Source of the DNA: Candidatus Woesearchaeota archaeon
GTDB taxonomy: Archaea; Nanobdellota; Nanobdellia; Woesearchaeales; UBA583
Reading direction: 5' to 3'
DNA: 64,000 bases
Assembly: GCA_965205335.1 (NCBI GenBank)
Contig: OZ242164.1
Location: 416,046-480,045 of the forward strand
Positions 47,880 to 56,072 of this stretch are shown here, piece after piece. The notes beneath the pieces were generated by a model, which saw only the letters and a list, made by a program, of their open reading frames with translations, made no database searches and was not told where the DNA came from. How positions within the stretch are numbered: the stretch's first letter is position 1; the number at the start of each line of letters is the position of its first letter. The position numbers were made by a program, and so were the translations under genes.

Positions 47880-47887
47880 TTTATAAA
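47880..47887 (+). promoter_or_regulatory. TATA box TTTATAAA, 22 nt upstream of ATG 47910
   Basis: Exact motif, 6 nt after the MITE TSD. Confidence 0.55.
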
Positions 47888-47909
47888 CAAATAAACACCC
47901 TGAAAATAT

Positions 47910-50387
47910 ATGAAAAAGTTAATACTAACTATCCTGCTAACTCTTTGCCTAACCTCAATTGGATTTGCCTTTGAAGTACTTGATGAAAACAACAAAGCAA
48001 GAACTTACTTCTCAAACAATGAACCCCAAATCTACATAAAAACACCCAAAAACATCTCACATATAACACTTGAATATACTAAAAACGAAACAACATACGA
48101 AAAAAACTATTCCCTAAACTCCTGCGATAACTCATACTGCGTTAGTTTCTCACTAATAAACTTTCTAACAAGCAAATCCCTCCCTATCAAAAGTGGAGAA
48201 TTCGCAATATCATCAGATTCCCAATCAAAAACAATTTACTTAGATGCAGACCCTCCTAAATTTAACATAACAAATCACACAATAAACAACAAAACAAAAG
48301 AACTAAAAATACAATTCAACTACTCAGACAACTACAAAATCTCAAAAATTGAACTATATGATGTCTCAGGTTCTAAAGAAACACCCATAAAAAACCTGAC
48401 ATCACAAAAATCATACTCCCAGAAAGTATCACAAATAGGGCTTATCAAACTAAGATTCAAAACATACGATACATCAGGAAACATTAACACATACGATGAA
48501 ATATTCTCAATAAACGACATATTTGAGCCAGAAATTGAAAAAACCCTTCTAATCCTAAAAGATGACTCATACTCTTTATACTTCAAAATATCAGACGATG
48601 ACTTACAATCATACAGAATCATCCAAAAAGACTTGCAAATAGAAGGAGAAATTAGAGGTGAAACATATGAAAACACAATCTCACTGCCATACAACGAAGG
48701 AACAGCAAAACTTGCAGTTTACGATGAACATTCAAACACTAAAACCAAATCAATATCTCTAAAATCATCAATCTCAAACTCATACGAAGAAAAATACTCA
48801 AACAAAGACATATTCACAGTTAAATCAAACGCAGACAAATGCATCCTGACAAAAATAGACTCAAGACAAAAAAATACAGAACTCTCAAAATCAGGAAGAA
48901 ACTTTGAAATTGATTTATCCCTAAGCAGGACCCAACCATATGATTTAGAATTCTACTGTGAAGATGACAAAATAAGAGAATACTTCACAAGAGAATTTTA
49001 CTATGACACAGAAGAACCGGAGAATACTGTTCTTGAAATAGAACAAACAAACACAGGAAACCTAAAACTTTATTGGGACAGCGCATCAGACAGACAAGGA
49101 GATGTCAAATACATCCTCTACAAAGAAGACAAAGACGGTGATGGCGATGACATTTACGATGGAACTAAAACCTCATACACTGACAAAAACGTAAATTACC
49201 CCCAAGAATACACCTATTACCTAAGAGTTTTAGACGAGGCAGGAAACAGTGTTAGAACAAACAAAATATCACAAACCCCTCTGAAAGTAAACATAAATCT
49301 AAAAACAAGCCTTGAAAAAGATATAACCACAAAAGAAAACACATATACCTTTAACATTGAAACAGAAAACGAAACAACAACACACATAACCGTTAAAAAT
49401 TCCGGAAAAACACTATTTGAAAACACAACTCAAAAATCAAAGAGTTCACATAAAATACCTCTTGAAAAGGGAATCAACGAAATCATAATCAAAATAAAAG
49501 ATAGTTTTAACAACACAAAAGAAGAATCATACTTTATAACATACGAAGAACCATTAATTAAACTAAAATCCACAATTAACAACAATTACATCAATAATAC
49601 GAATAACAACTCTCAATTAGAAGATAAAAAAGTAGAAGACAACCAAAAAAAACACCTATGGTATGTAATAATTTTCTCATTAATTGCTCTGGGAATATTC
49701 ATATGGTATTTCATATTTAACGAAAGCAGAATAAGAAAAAGAAGTATGAAACCTATGCAAAATTATGTGGGAAAAAAAGATGTAAATCGCAGACATGATA
49801 AAGTACTATCAAGACATATTGAACAGATTAGAAGAAACCGAAAAGAAAAAGAAGATGAGATAATAAAGCAAAAGAAAAAAGAAGAAATAAAAGAACACAG
49901 AAAGATTTTAGACTTAGAAAAAGAAAAAATGTCAGACTTGCAATCACACAGAACAGACATAGACTTTGAAACAGGAAATCTCAAAAGAGAACCAAAAAAA
50001 GAGATTCCCGATAATAAAACCAAAAAATCGTTTTGGACAGCATTTTCAAGAAAACCCAAGGAAAAAATTAGAAATGATCCATTTTCAAGATATTTACAAG
50101 AACAACACTCAGCAAAAAGTTGGGATTCTCCTAACCATTACAGAAAGGCTTACTTTGACAAACTAAAAGCACAAGAAGAACAAAAGAAAAAAGAACAGGA
50201 AGAAGAAAAAAAATTAAAACAACTTGACATTGAAGAAGAAAAAATAAAACATGCCAAGCCAAAGGAAATAAAAGAACATAGAAAAAACACATTATCACTT
50301 GACGAATATCTAAACAAAAGAACTAAGAAAAGAAAATTCTTCTTTGCTGACAGAGAAGTGGACAGAGACATCAGAAGAAGAAAGTAA
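47910..50387 (+). CDS. large surface protein: signal peptide, Ig/FN3-like ectodomains, one TM helix, Lys/Glu-rich cytoplasmic tail
   Basis: 825 aa. LKLYWDSASDRQGDVKYILYKE...YTYYLRVLDEAGN is FN3-like. TM helix is LWYVIIFSLIALGIFIWYFIF. Confidence 0.55.
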   Translation: MKKLILTILLTLCLTSIGFAFEVLDENNKARTYFSNNEPQIYIKTPKNISHITLEYTKNETTYEKNYSLNSCDNSYCVSFSLINFLTSKSLPIKSGEFAISSDSQSKTIYLDADPPKFNITNHTINNKTKELKIQFNYSDNYKISKIELYDVSGSKETPIKNLTSQKSYSQKVSQIGLIKLRFKTYDTSGNINTYDEIFSINDIFEPEIEKTLLILKDDSYSLYFKISDDDLQSYRIIQKDLQIEGEIRGETYENTISLPYNEGTAKLAVYDEHSNTKTKSISLKSSISNSYEEKYSNKDIFTVKSNADKCILTKIDSRQKNTELSKSGRNFEIDLSLSRTQPYDLEFYCEDDKIREYFTREFYYDTEEPENTVLEIEQTNTGNLKLYWDSASDRQGDVKYILYKEDKDGDGDDIYDGTKTSYTDKNVNYPQEYTYYLRVLDEAGNSVRTNKISQTPLKVNINLKTSLEKDITTKENTYTFNIETENETTTHITVKNSGKTLFENTTQKSKSSHKIPLEKGINEIIIKIKDSFNNTKEESYFITYEEPLIKLKSTINNNYINNTNNNSQLEDKKVEDNQKKHLWYVIIFSLIALGIFIWYFIFNESRIRKRSMKPMQNYVGKKDVNRRHDKVLSRHIEQIRRNRKEKEDEIIKQKKKEEIKEHRKILDLEKEKMSDLQSHRTDIDFETGNLKREPKKEIPDNKTKKSFWTAFSRKPKEKIRNDPFSRYLQEQHSAKSWDSPNHYRKAYFDKLKAQEEQKKKEQEEEKKLKQLDIEEEKIKHAKPKEIKEHRKNTLSLDEYLNKRTKKRKFFFADREVDRDIRRRK

Positions 50388-50410
50388 ATCTTCATCTCTG
50401 CTAAACAAAG

Positions 50411-50538
50411 GGCTCTGTCCGAAAATTCAAGAGAACTTAAAATGTTATATAAATAAAGCAATTTTTGACAAATATTTTTTTTCTTTGATTGAATATAGTT
50501 AGCATAAATTTTGGAAAAAACAATTTTCGGACAGAGCC
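50411..50538 (+). mobile_element. MITE copy 4 (128 bp), TSD AAACAAAG
   Basis: Identical to copy 1. AAACAAAG at 50403-50410 and 50539-50546. Confidence 0.9.
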
Positions 50539-50552
50539 AAACAAAGATAAAT

Positions 50553-50560
50553 TTTATAAA
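50553..50560 (+). promoter_or_regulatory. TATA box TTTATAAA, 22 nt upstream of ATG 50583 (atpH)
   Basis: Exact motif, 6 nt after the MITE TSD. Confidence 0.55.
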
Positions 50561-50582
50561 GGGTAATTATTTTATTCCAGTT

Positions 50583-50882
50583 ATGAATGATTTCAGGCAA
50601 ATATTAGAAATTGAAAAAAAATATGAGAACATAATTTCTAATGCCCAAAAAAAAGCAGAAAAATCACTTGAAAAATACAAAGAAGAACTATCCCTAAAAC
50701 TCAAAAAAGAAAAAAACCAACTTAGAGAAAAACTAGAGTCCCAATACAAAGAGAAAATTGAAAATCTTAACAAAGAAGGTGAAGAAATCCTAAAAGATTC
50801 AATTGAGAAATCAAAGCAGATTGACACAAGAACAGACATTCGCAAAGGCATTGATTTCCTGATTGAAAAAATTAAATCATAA
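50583..50882 (+). CDS. atpH: A-type ATP synthase subunit H (coiled-coil peripheral stalk protein)
   Basis: About 99 aa coiled-coil protein immediately upstream of atpI, as in the archaeal atpHIKECFABD order. Start moved to M25 because the track start 50511 lies inside the MITE. Confidence 0.55.
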   Translation: MNDFRQILEIEKKYENIISNAQKKAEKSLEKYKEELSLKLKKEKNQLREKLESQYKEKIENLNKEGEEILKDSIEKSKQIDTRTDIRKGIDFLIEKIKS

Positions 50883-50885
50883 AAA

Positions 50886-52622
50886 ATGTTCAAACCAGAT
50901 AAAATGTATAAAGTGACTCTTTTCTTTCAGAAAGAAAGATTAGAGGAAGTCATGAATGAATTATACAGACACAAACTAATAGAATTCTTTGAAATTGAAG
51001 AAGAAGGCTTTGAAAGATTTGATCATGAGGATTTAAATGAACTGTCCCATTCCCTTCTAAGAATGCGTTCAACAATTAATATATTAAATCTCTTCCATAA
51101 AAAAGATTTAAATGACTATGAGGAAGATTCCATTGAAAAAACCCTTGAATTAAAAAGAAAATTAGACACAGAAGAAAAAGAACTAATTTACCTTTGTGAT
51201 GAACTAAAAAGAGTCACAATTTTAAAAGAATTAGAAGTATCTCAAAAAGAATTAAACAACTCAAATAAAGTCATTGGCTTCATACCATTAGTAAAAAAAC
51301 CAATCCTTAACATTCTGATAGGAAAAGGAATTGAATACAGAACTTTCACATTAGAAACAAGAACATATTTCATAGCAAAAAGCAAGAAACTGCCATTTAC
51401 ATTCAAAGAATTTTATTTGCCAAAGTATGACATTGATACAGATTTAAACACTAAAATTATGAAAAAAGAAAAAAGAATTGAAAATATAAAATCAAGTTTA
51501 AAAGAGATAGCAGACAATTCACTTGAAACTCTTAAATTAAAAGAAAATGGATTATCAAAAAAAATATCTATTATGGAAGCAAAACCTAAATTTCTGGAAA
51601 CAAAAAATTTTGTAATTATAAATGGATATGTGGCAAAAAACTCATATGACAAACTTGAGAGGGTTGTAAAAGAAATACTTGAAGACAAAGTTGAAATTTC
51701 ATATACTGTTGCAAAAGAAGATGCACCTATTCAGTTATCAAATTATCCGATAATTAGGAAATTTGAAGAACTGCTTCAAATGTATTCTCTTCCAAAATAC
51801 AGAGAATTTGATCCCACAATTTTGATTTTCCTAATGTTTCCGTTATTTTTCGGATTCATCTTAGGTGATGTCTTCTACGGATTAATAGCTCTTATATTCT
51901 TTACAATTCTAAGAATTAAAAAACCCAATTTAAAAGACCTTCTTACAATTCTTCAATGGTCAGCAGTTTCATCTATTTTCTTTGGAATTATTTACGGGGA
52001 ATTTATGGGATTTGAGTTTCATGGGTCATTTTACGGATTCTTTGAGAGATCTTCAAATCCAGAAACATTATTAATTACAGCAGTTATATTTGGGTTAATT
52101 CATATCAATTTAGGATTATTAATAGGTTTCATCAATGCTCTTCCAAACTGGAAAAAAGCAATATATAACAAAGCATCATACATTCTTCTTCAGATAAGCG
52201 CATTATTTCTTGCTCTTGGATACATAGGCAACACATTGAATTTTATAATTTCAGGCTGGGGACTTATGGCTTTATCTCTCGTACTGATTTATTTAGGACA
52301 CAGCTTTATAGGAATTATGGAAGTTCCTTCATTTTTCACAAACATTCTATCATATGCAAGACTTATGGCAGTTGGTTTATCATCAATTGCAATTGCAATA
52401 TTAATCAATAATTATACATTAACATTGTTCTCACAAGGAGTAATAGGAATAATATTTGGGATTATCTTATTCTCTGTCGGGCACATCTTCAACATCGCTC
52501 TTGGATGCTTTGAAGGATTCCTTCACACTCTAAGACTTCATTACGTAGAATTCTTCACTAAATTTTACAGTGGGGGAGGAAGAGAATTCAAACCCTTCGG
52601 ACAAATAAAAGAACTCAATTAA
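50886..52622 (+). CDS. atpI: A-type ATP synthase subunit I (membrane a-subunit)
   Basis: 578 aa with a soluble N-terminal half and a polytopic C-terminal half. Motifs SYARLMAVGLSS and LHTLRLHYVEFFTKF. Confidence 0.85.
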   Translation: MFKPDKMYKVTLFFQKERLEEVMNELYRHKLIEFFEIEEEGFERFDHEDLNELSHSLLRMRSTINILNLFHKKDLNDYEEDSIEKTLELKRKLDTEEKELIYLCDELKRVTILKELEVSQKELNNSNKVIGFIPLVKKPILNILIGKGIEYRTFTLETRTYFIAKSKKLPFTFKEFYLPKYDIDTDLNTKIMKKEKRIENIKSSLKEIADNSLETLKLKENGLSKKISIMEAKPKFLETKNFVIINGYVAKNSYDKLERVVKEILEDKVEISYTVAKEDAPIQLSNYPIIRKFEELLQMYSLPKYREFDPTILIFLMFPLFFGFILGDVFYGLIALIFFTILRIKKPNLKDLLTILQWSAVSSIFFGIIYGEFMGFEFHGSFYGFFERSSNPETLLITAVIFGLIHINLGLLIGFINALPNWKKAIYNKASYILLQISALFLALGYIGNTLNFIISGWGLMALSLVLIYLGHSFIGIMEVPSFFTNILSYARLMAVGLSSIAIAILINNYTLTLFSQGVIGIIFGIILFSVGHIFNIALGCFEGFLHTLRLHYVEFFTKFYSGGGREFKPFGQIKELN

Positions 52623-52740
52623 GTTTCCAACAAATTTTAACTAAGTGTTCACCTCATTTCACTAAATGAAATAATCATAACAACTCATCAAAAAAATATA
52701 AAAATTAGAACATAAATTACATAGCTAACTAAAATATTTC

Positions 52741-55476
52741 TTAATTACATAATGAGAATAGAAAAGTTGGTTTAGGAAGTGTCCATGAAGGAGTATCATA
52801 ACTAAATGAAATACAATCTAAAAAGCTATTAATGGCATTAACATTCCATCCACTTAAATCACTATTAAATGAATGTGCACCTGAGAACATACTAGTCATA
52901 TCTGTAACACTGCTTACATCCCACCCACTTAAATCACCATTAAATGAATCCGCACTAATGAATATACCACTCATATCTGTAACACTGCTTACATCCCAAG
53001 AGCTTAAATCACCATTAAATGAATCTGCATCCCAGAACATATATGACATATCTGTAACACTGCTTACATTCCAATTACTTAAATTACTATTAAATGAATC
53101 TGCATAATAGAACATACTAGAAATATCTGTAACACTGCTTACATCCCAAGAGCTTAAATCACTATCAAATGAATCTGCACCACTGAACATACTTGACATA
53201 TCTGTAACACTACTTACATTCCAATTACTTAAATCACTATCAAATGAATCTGCATTAAAGAACATCTGTCTCATATCTGTAACACTGCTTACATCCCAAG
53301 AGCTTAAATCACTATCAAATGAATCTGTATCACTGAACATATATACCATATCTGTAACACTGCTTACATCCCAAGAGCTTAAATCACTATTAAATGAATC
53401 TGTATCACTGAACATCTGTCTCATATCTGTAACACTGCTTACATCCCAAGAGCTTAAATCACCATTAAATGAATCTGCATTAAAGAACATACCTTCCAAG
53501 TTTGTGGTACCTGTCAAATTCAACACATCCGCTGCAGATACATCTAAATTAGAACAACTCGAGAAATAATATCCAGTATTACCAACTCTTAAAGTACCCC
53601 AGTTTCTAATATCAATAATCTTTTCCCTATCTGAACCATAAGGACCAAGAGTAAAACCTACTATCTCTCCTGTAATCCTTACCTCATATTCTCCCGGCGT
53701 TGCATATGTATGAGTTACTTCTGGTTGATACCAACTTGTAATTGTATCATTAGTTCCATCACCCCAATCCACAACAAAATTATAAGTTCCAGAATAACGT
53801 AAAGGTAATTTAATCTGATTACTATTTGAACTCCCAGAACTTAATTCAGTTGTTCTCCAGACTGAAATAAATGCATCTTCTACAATCCTCTCACTACACA
53901 CAGCATTAATGCCACCATATAACCCATTACAATTCCATACAATATGAGTAGAATTATCTGATGTATTTAAGAAAGTACCCACATCACATGTATCAACATC
54001 TGAGTCACAAACACCATTTACTGGCTTTCGAATACTACAATAAGACATATTACCTCCAAATAATCCAAGACAATTCCACAAATAATAATTAGAATTATCT
54101 AAAACATCTTGGAATGTCCCATTTATGCACATATCAACACCCATCAAATCACAAATTCCATTTACAGGTTTTGGAATATTACATGATGAATTACTTCCCC
54201 CATATAACCCAAGACAATCCCATAAATAATGAGTGGAATTATCCGATACATTCAAGAAAGTTCCATTTATACACATATTAATACTAATCAAATCACAAAT
54301 TCCATTTACAGGTTTTGGAATATTACATGAAGAATTACTTCCGCCATTCAATCCAACACAATCCCATAAATAATGAGTGGAATTATCCGATACATTTAAG
54401 AAAGTTCCATTTGTACACACTTCAGCTCTTACCAAATCACAAACACCATTTATTGGAGTAGGCGGTAATAGTTTACTGCATGATGAATTACTTCCACCAT
54501 GTAAGCCAAGACAATCCCACAAATAATGAGTAGAATTATCTGAAATATCATAAGATGTACCATTTATACACATATTAATACTAATCAAATCACAAATTCC
54601 ATTTACTGGTTTGACTTTGCTACATGAAGAACTACTTCCGCCATTCAATCCAACACAATCCCATAAATAATGAGTGGAATTGTCAGATACATTCAAGAAA
54701 GTTCCATTTGTACACATATCAACTCTTATCAAATCACAAACACCATTTACCGGAGTAAATATTATTGGACTATTACACATAGCATTACTACCACCATGTA
54801 ATCCAAGGCAATCCCATAAATAATGAGTGGAATTATCAGATACATTTAAGAAAGTTCCATTTACACACATATAAGTCCTAATCAAATCACAAACCCCACT
54901 CACAGGAGGCTCTGAAAGATTTATATGATCTACTCTAAGCCTTATAGCCCCTTTACTCTGTATTCCAATTTCTGTTTGAGATTCTCTTAACTCAATCGTA
55001 ATCCTGCCTGAAATAATATCTCCTTCAAACAACTCCCAAACATACTCAGAAGAACCATTCACATTACAATCAAAAATAATTCTTCCAATATCATACTTAT
55101 CAAACGTAACAAAACTACTATTATGCGAATCAGTATCATAATTATCTGCCCAAACACCAATACACTTCTTCCCAGTATCATCTACTATCACAGATTCATT
55201 TGGCACTAACTCAACACTGTATCTATCATAATATGTAAAATAAATATGAACCTTATCCTGAAAAGAAGAAGGTTCTGAAGTTCCTGAATAAGCATTTGAA
55301 GCCTCATAATTTCCTCTAACAATATTTTTGAAATCTAATTTCTCCGGAAGTATAAAATTAAAATCCACATAACTAAAAATCATAACTGATACAATTAAAA
55401 CTATAATAAACATCCAACCATATGTTGTTAAATACTCAATTGAAATCTGAGAATTTCTACCTCTTTCCTTCATCAT
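52741..55476 (-). CDS. 911-aa surface protein: class III signal peptide, eight 4-Cys repeats, PKD-like WGDG module, about eleven 26-residue DUF285-type repeats
   Basis: N-terminus RGRNSQISIEYLTTYGWMFIIVLIV. Repeats PVNG(V/I)CDL...C.NGTFLNVSDNSTHYLWDC.GL.GGSNSSC. Also VVDWGDGTND. Repeats FxxADSFN(G/S)DLSSWDVSSVTDMxxMF. Confidence 0.7.
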   Translation of the reverse strand: MMKERGRNSQISIEYLTTYGWMFIIVLIVSVMIFSYVDFNFILPEKLDFKNIVRGNYEASNAYSGTSEPSSFQDKVHIYFTYYDRYSVELVPNESVIVDDTGKKCIGVWADNYDTDSHNSSFVTFDKYDIGRIIFDCNVNGSSEYVWELFEGDIISGRITIELRESQTEIGIQSKGAIRLRVDHINLSEPPVSGVCDLIRTYMCVNGTFLNVSDNSTHYLWDCLGLHGGSNAMCNSPIIFTPVNGVCDLIRVDMCTNGTFLNVSDNSTHYLWDCVGLNGGSSSSCSKVKPVNGICDLISINMCINGTSYDISDNSTHYLWDCLGLHGGSNSSCSKLLPPTPINGVCDLVRAEVCTNGTFLNVSDNSTHYLWDCVGLNGGSNSSCNIPKPVNGICDLISINMCINGTFLNVSDNSTHYLWDCLGLYGGSNSSCNIPKPVNGICDLMGVDMCINGTFQDVLDNSNYYLWNCLGLFGGNMSYCSIRKPVNGVCDSDVDTCDVGTFLNTSDNSTHIVWNCNGLYGGINAVCSERIVEDAFISVWRTTELSSGSSNSNQIKLPLRYSGTYNFVVDWGDGTNDTITSWYQPEVTHTYATPGEYEVRITGEIVGFTLGPYGSDREKIIDIRNWGTLRVGNTGYYFSSCSNLDVSAADVLNLTGTTNLEGMFFNADSFNGDLSSWDVSSVTDMRQMFSDTDSFNSDLSSWDVSSVTDMVYMFSDTDSFDSDLSSWDVSSVTDMRQMFFNADSFDSDLSNWNVSSVTDMSSMFSGADSFDSDLSSWDVSSVTDISSMFYYADSFNSNLSNWNVSSVTDMSYMFWDADSFNGDLSSWDVSSVTDMSGIFISADSFNGDLSGWDVSSVTDMTSMFSGAHSFNSDLSGWNVNAINSFLDCISFSYDTPSWTLPKPTFLFSLCN
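52830..53505 (-). repeat. tandem 78-bp (26-codon) coding repeats, about 11 units
   Basis: Recurring catatctgtaacactgcttacatcccaagagcttaaatcac... at 78-nt spacing on the plus strand. Confidence 0.85.
53893..54910 (-). repeat. tandem coding repeats of about 135-141 bp, 8 units (4-Cys module)
   Basis: Recurring ...acaatcccataaataatgagtggaattatc... blocks. The protein repeat was read from the translation. Confidence 0.8.
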
Positions 55477-55571
55477 TACAGATAATTTTAACCAAACAGA
55501 TTTATAAAAACTTGTAACCCTATCTCAACAGTATCCCCCAAAACTAAAACCAAATTATACAAATACAAAAA

Positions 55572-55775
55572 TCATTCCTTAGCAATCAACAAATCACCAG
55601 AATTAATTGTCTTTCTGCCAGAATGAGATGCAATCTTTGAAGCCTTTATTGATAAATCATACAAATAAGTCTCAAGAATTTTCCTTAATTCCTCTTTAGC
55701 ATCATCTGACACTCTATGTGCCCCTTTCTCTTTCATTAATCTCTCAATTGCAAGTATTGGAAGTCCCATCATCAT
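55572..55775 (-). CDS. archaeal histone (HMf-like histone fold)
   Basis: GLPILAIERLMKEKGAHRVSDDAKEEL...HSGRKTINSGDL. Three consecutive ATG codons at the start. Confidence 0.85.
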   Translation of the reverse strand: MMMGLPILAIERLMKEKGAHRVSDDAKEELRKILETYLYDLSIKASKIASHSGRKTINSGDLLIAKE

Positions 55776-56014
55776 AAATCACCCTTTATCTGATTAAATG
55801 CTAAAATAACATCCTTTGACTTTATTGTTTTTCTTCCTGAATGCTCTGCAAGTAATCCTGCCTTCTTTACAATTTTCTCACTCACTTCCTCAAGAATCTG
55901 CGAAGCTGTAACCTTTGCCTCCTTAGAAACTCTCTTTCCGCTTGCCTCTCCAATTAAATCCCCAAGAGGAGAATAAGGAAGAATATTTTCTCTTTTTGCC
56001 ATAAAACTACCCAA
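55772..56014 (-). CDS. archaeal histone with short N-terminal extension
   Basis: LPYSPLGDLIGEASGKRVSKEAKV...HSGRKTIKSKDV. Its stop overlaps the start of the next histone gene. Confidence 0.8.
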   Translation of the reverse strand: MGSFMAKRENILPYSPLGDLIGEASGKRVSKEAKVTASQILEEVSEKIVKKAGLLAEHSGRKTIKSKDVILAFNQIKGDL

Positions 56015-56072
56015 ATCCTCTTCTTTAAAAATTTTTTGTTGTCATTAACGGGAGAATCCTGCCTCAGAGAAG

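Noticed and set aside
52830-54910. Regularly spaced repeats that might suggest a CRISPR array
   Set aside because: The units are contiguous, with no unique spacers. They are in frame and encode recognisable protein repeats of the 911-aa surface protein. No cas genes are present in the window.
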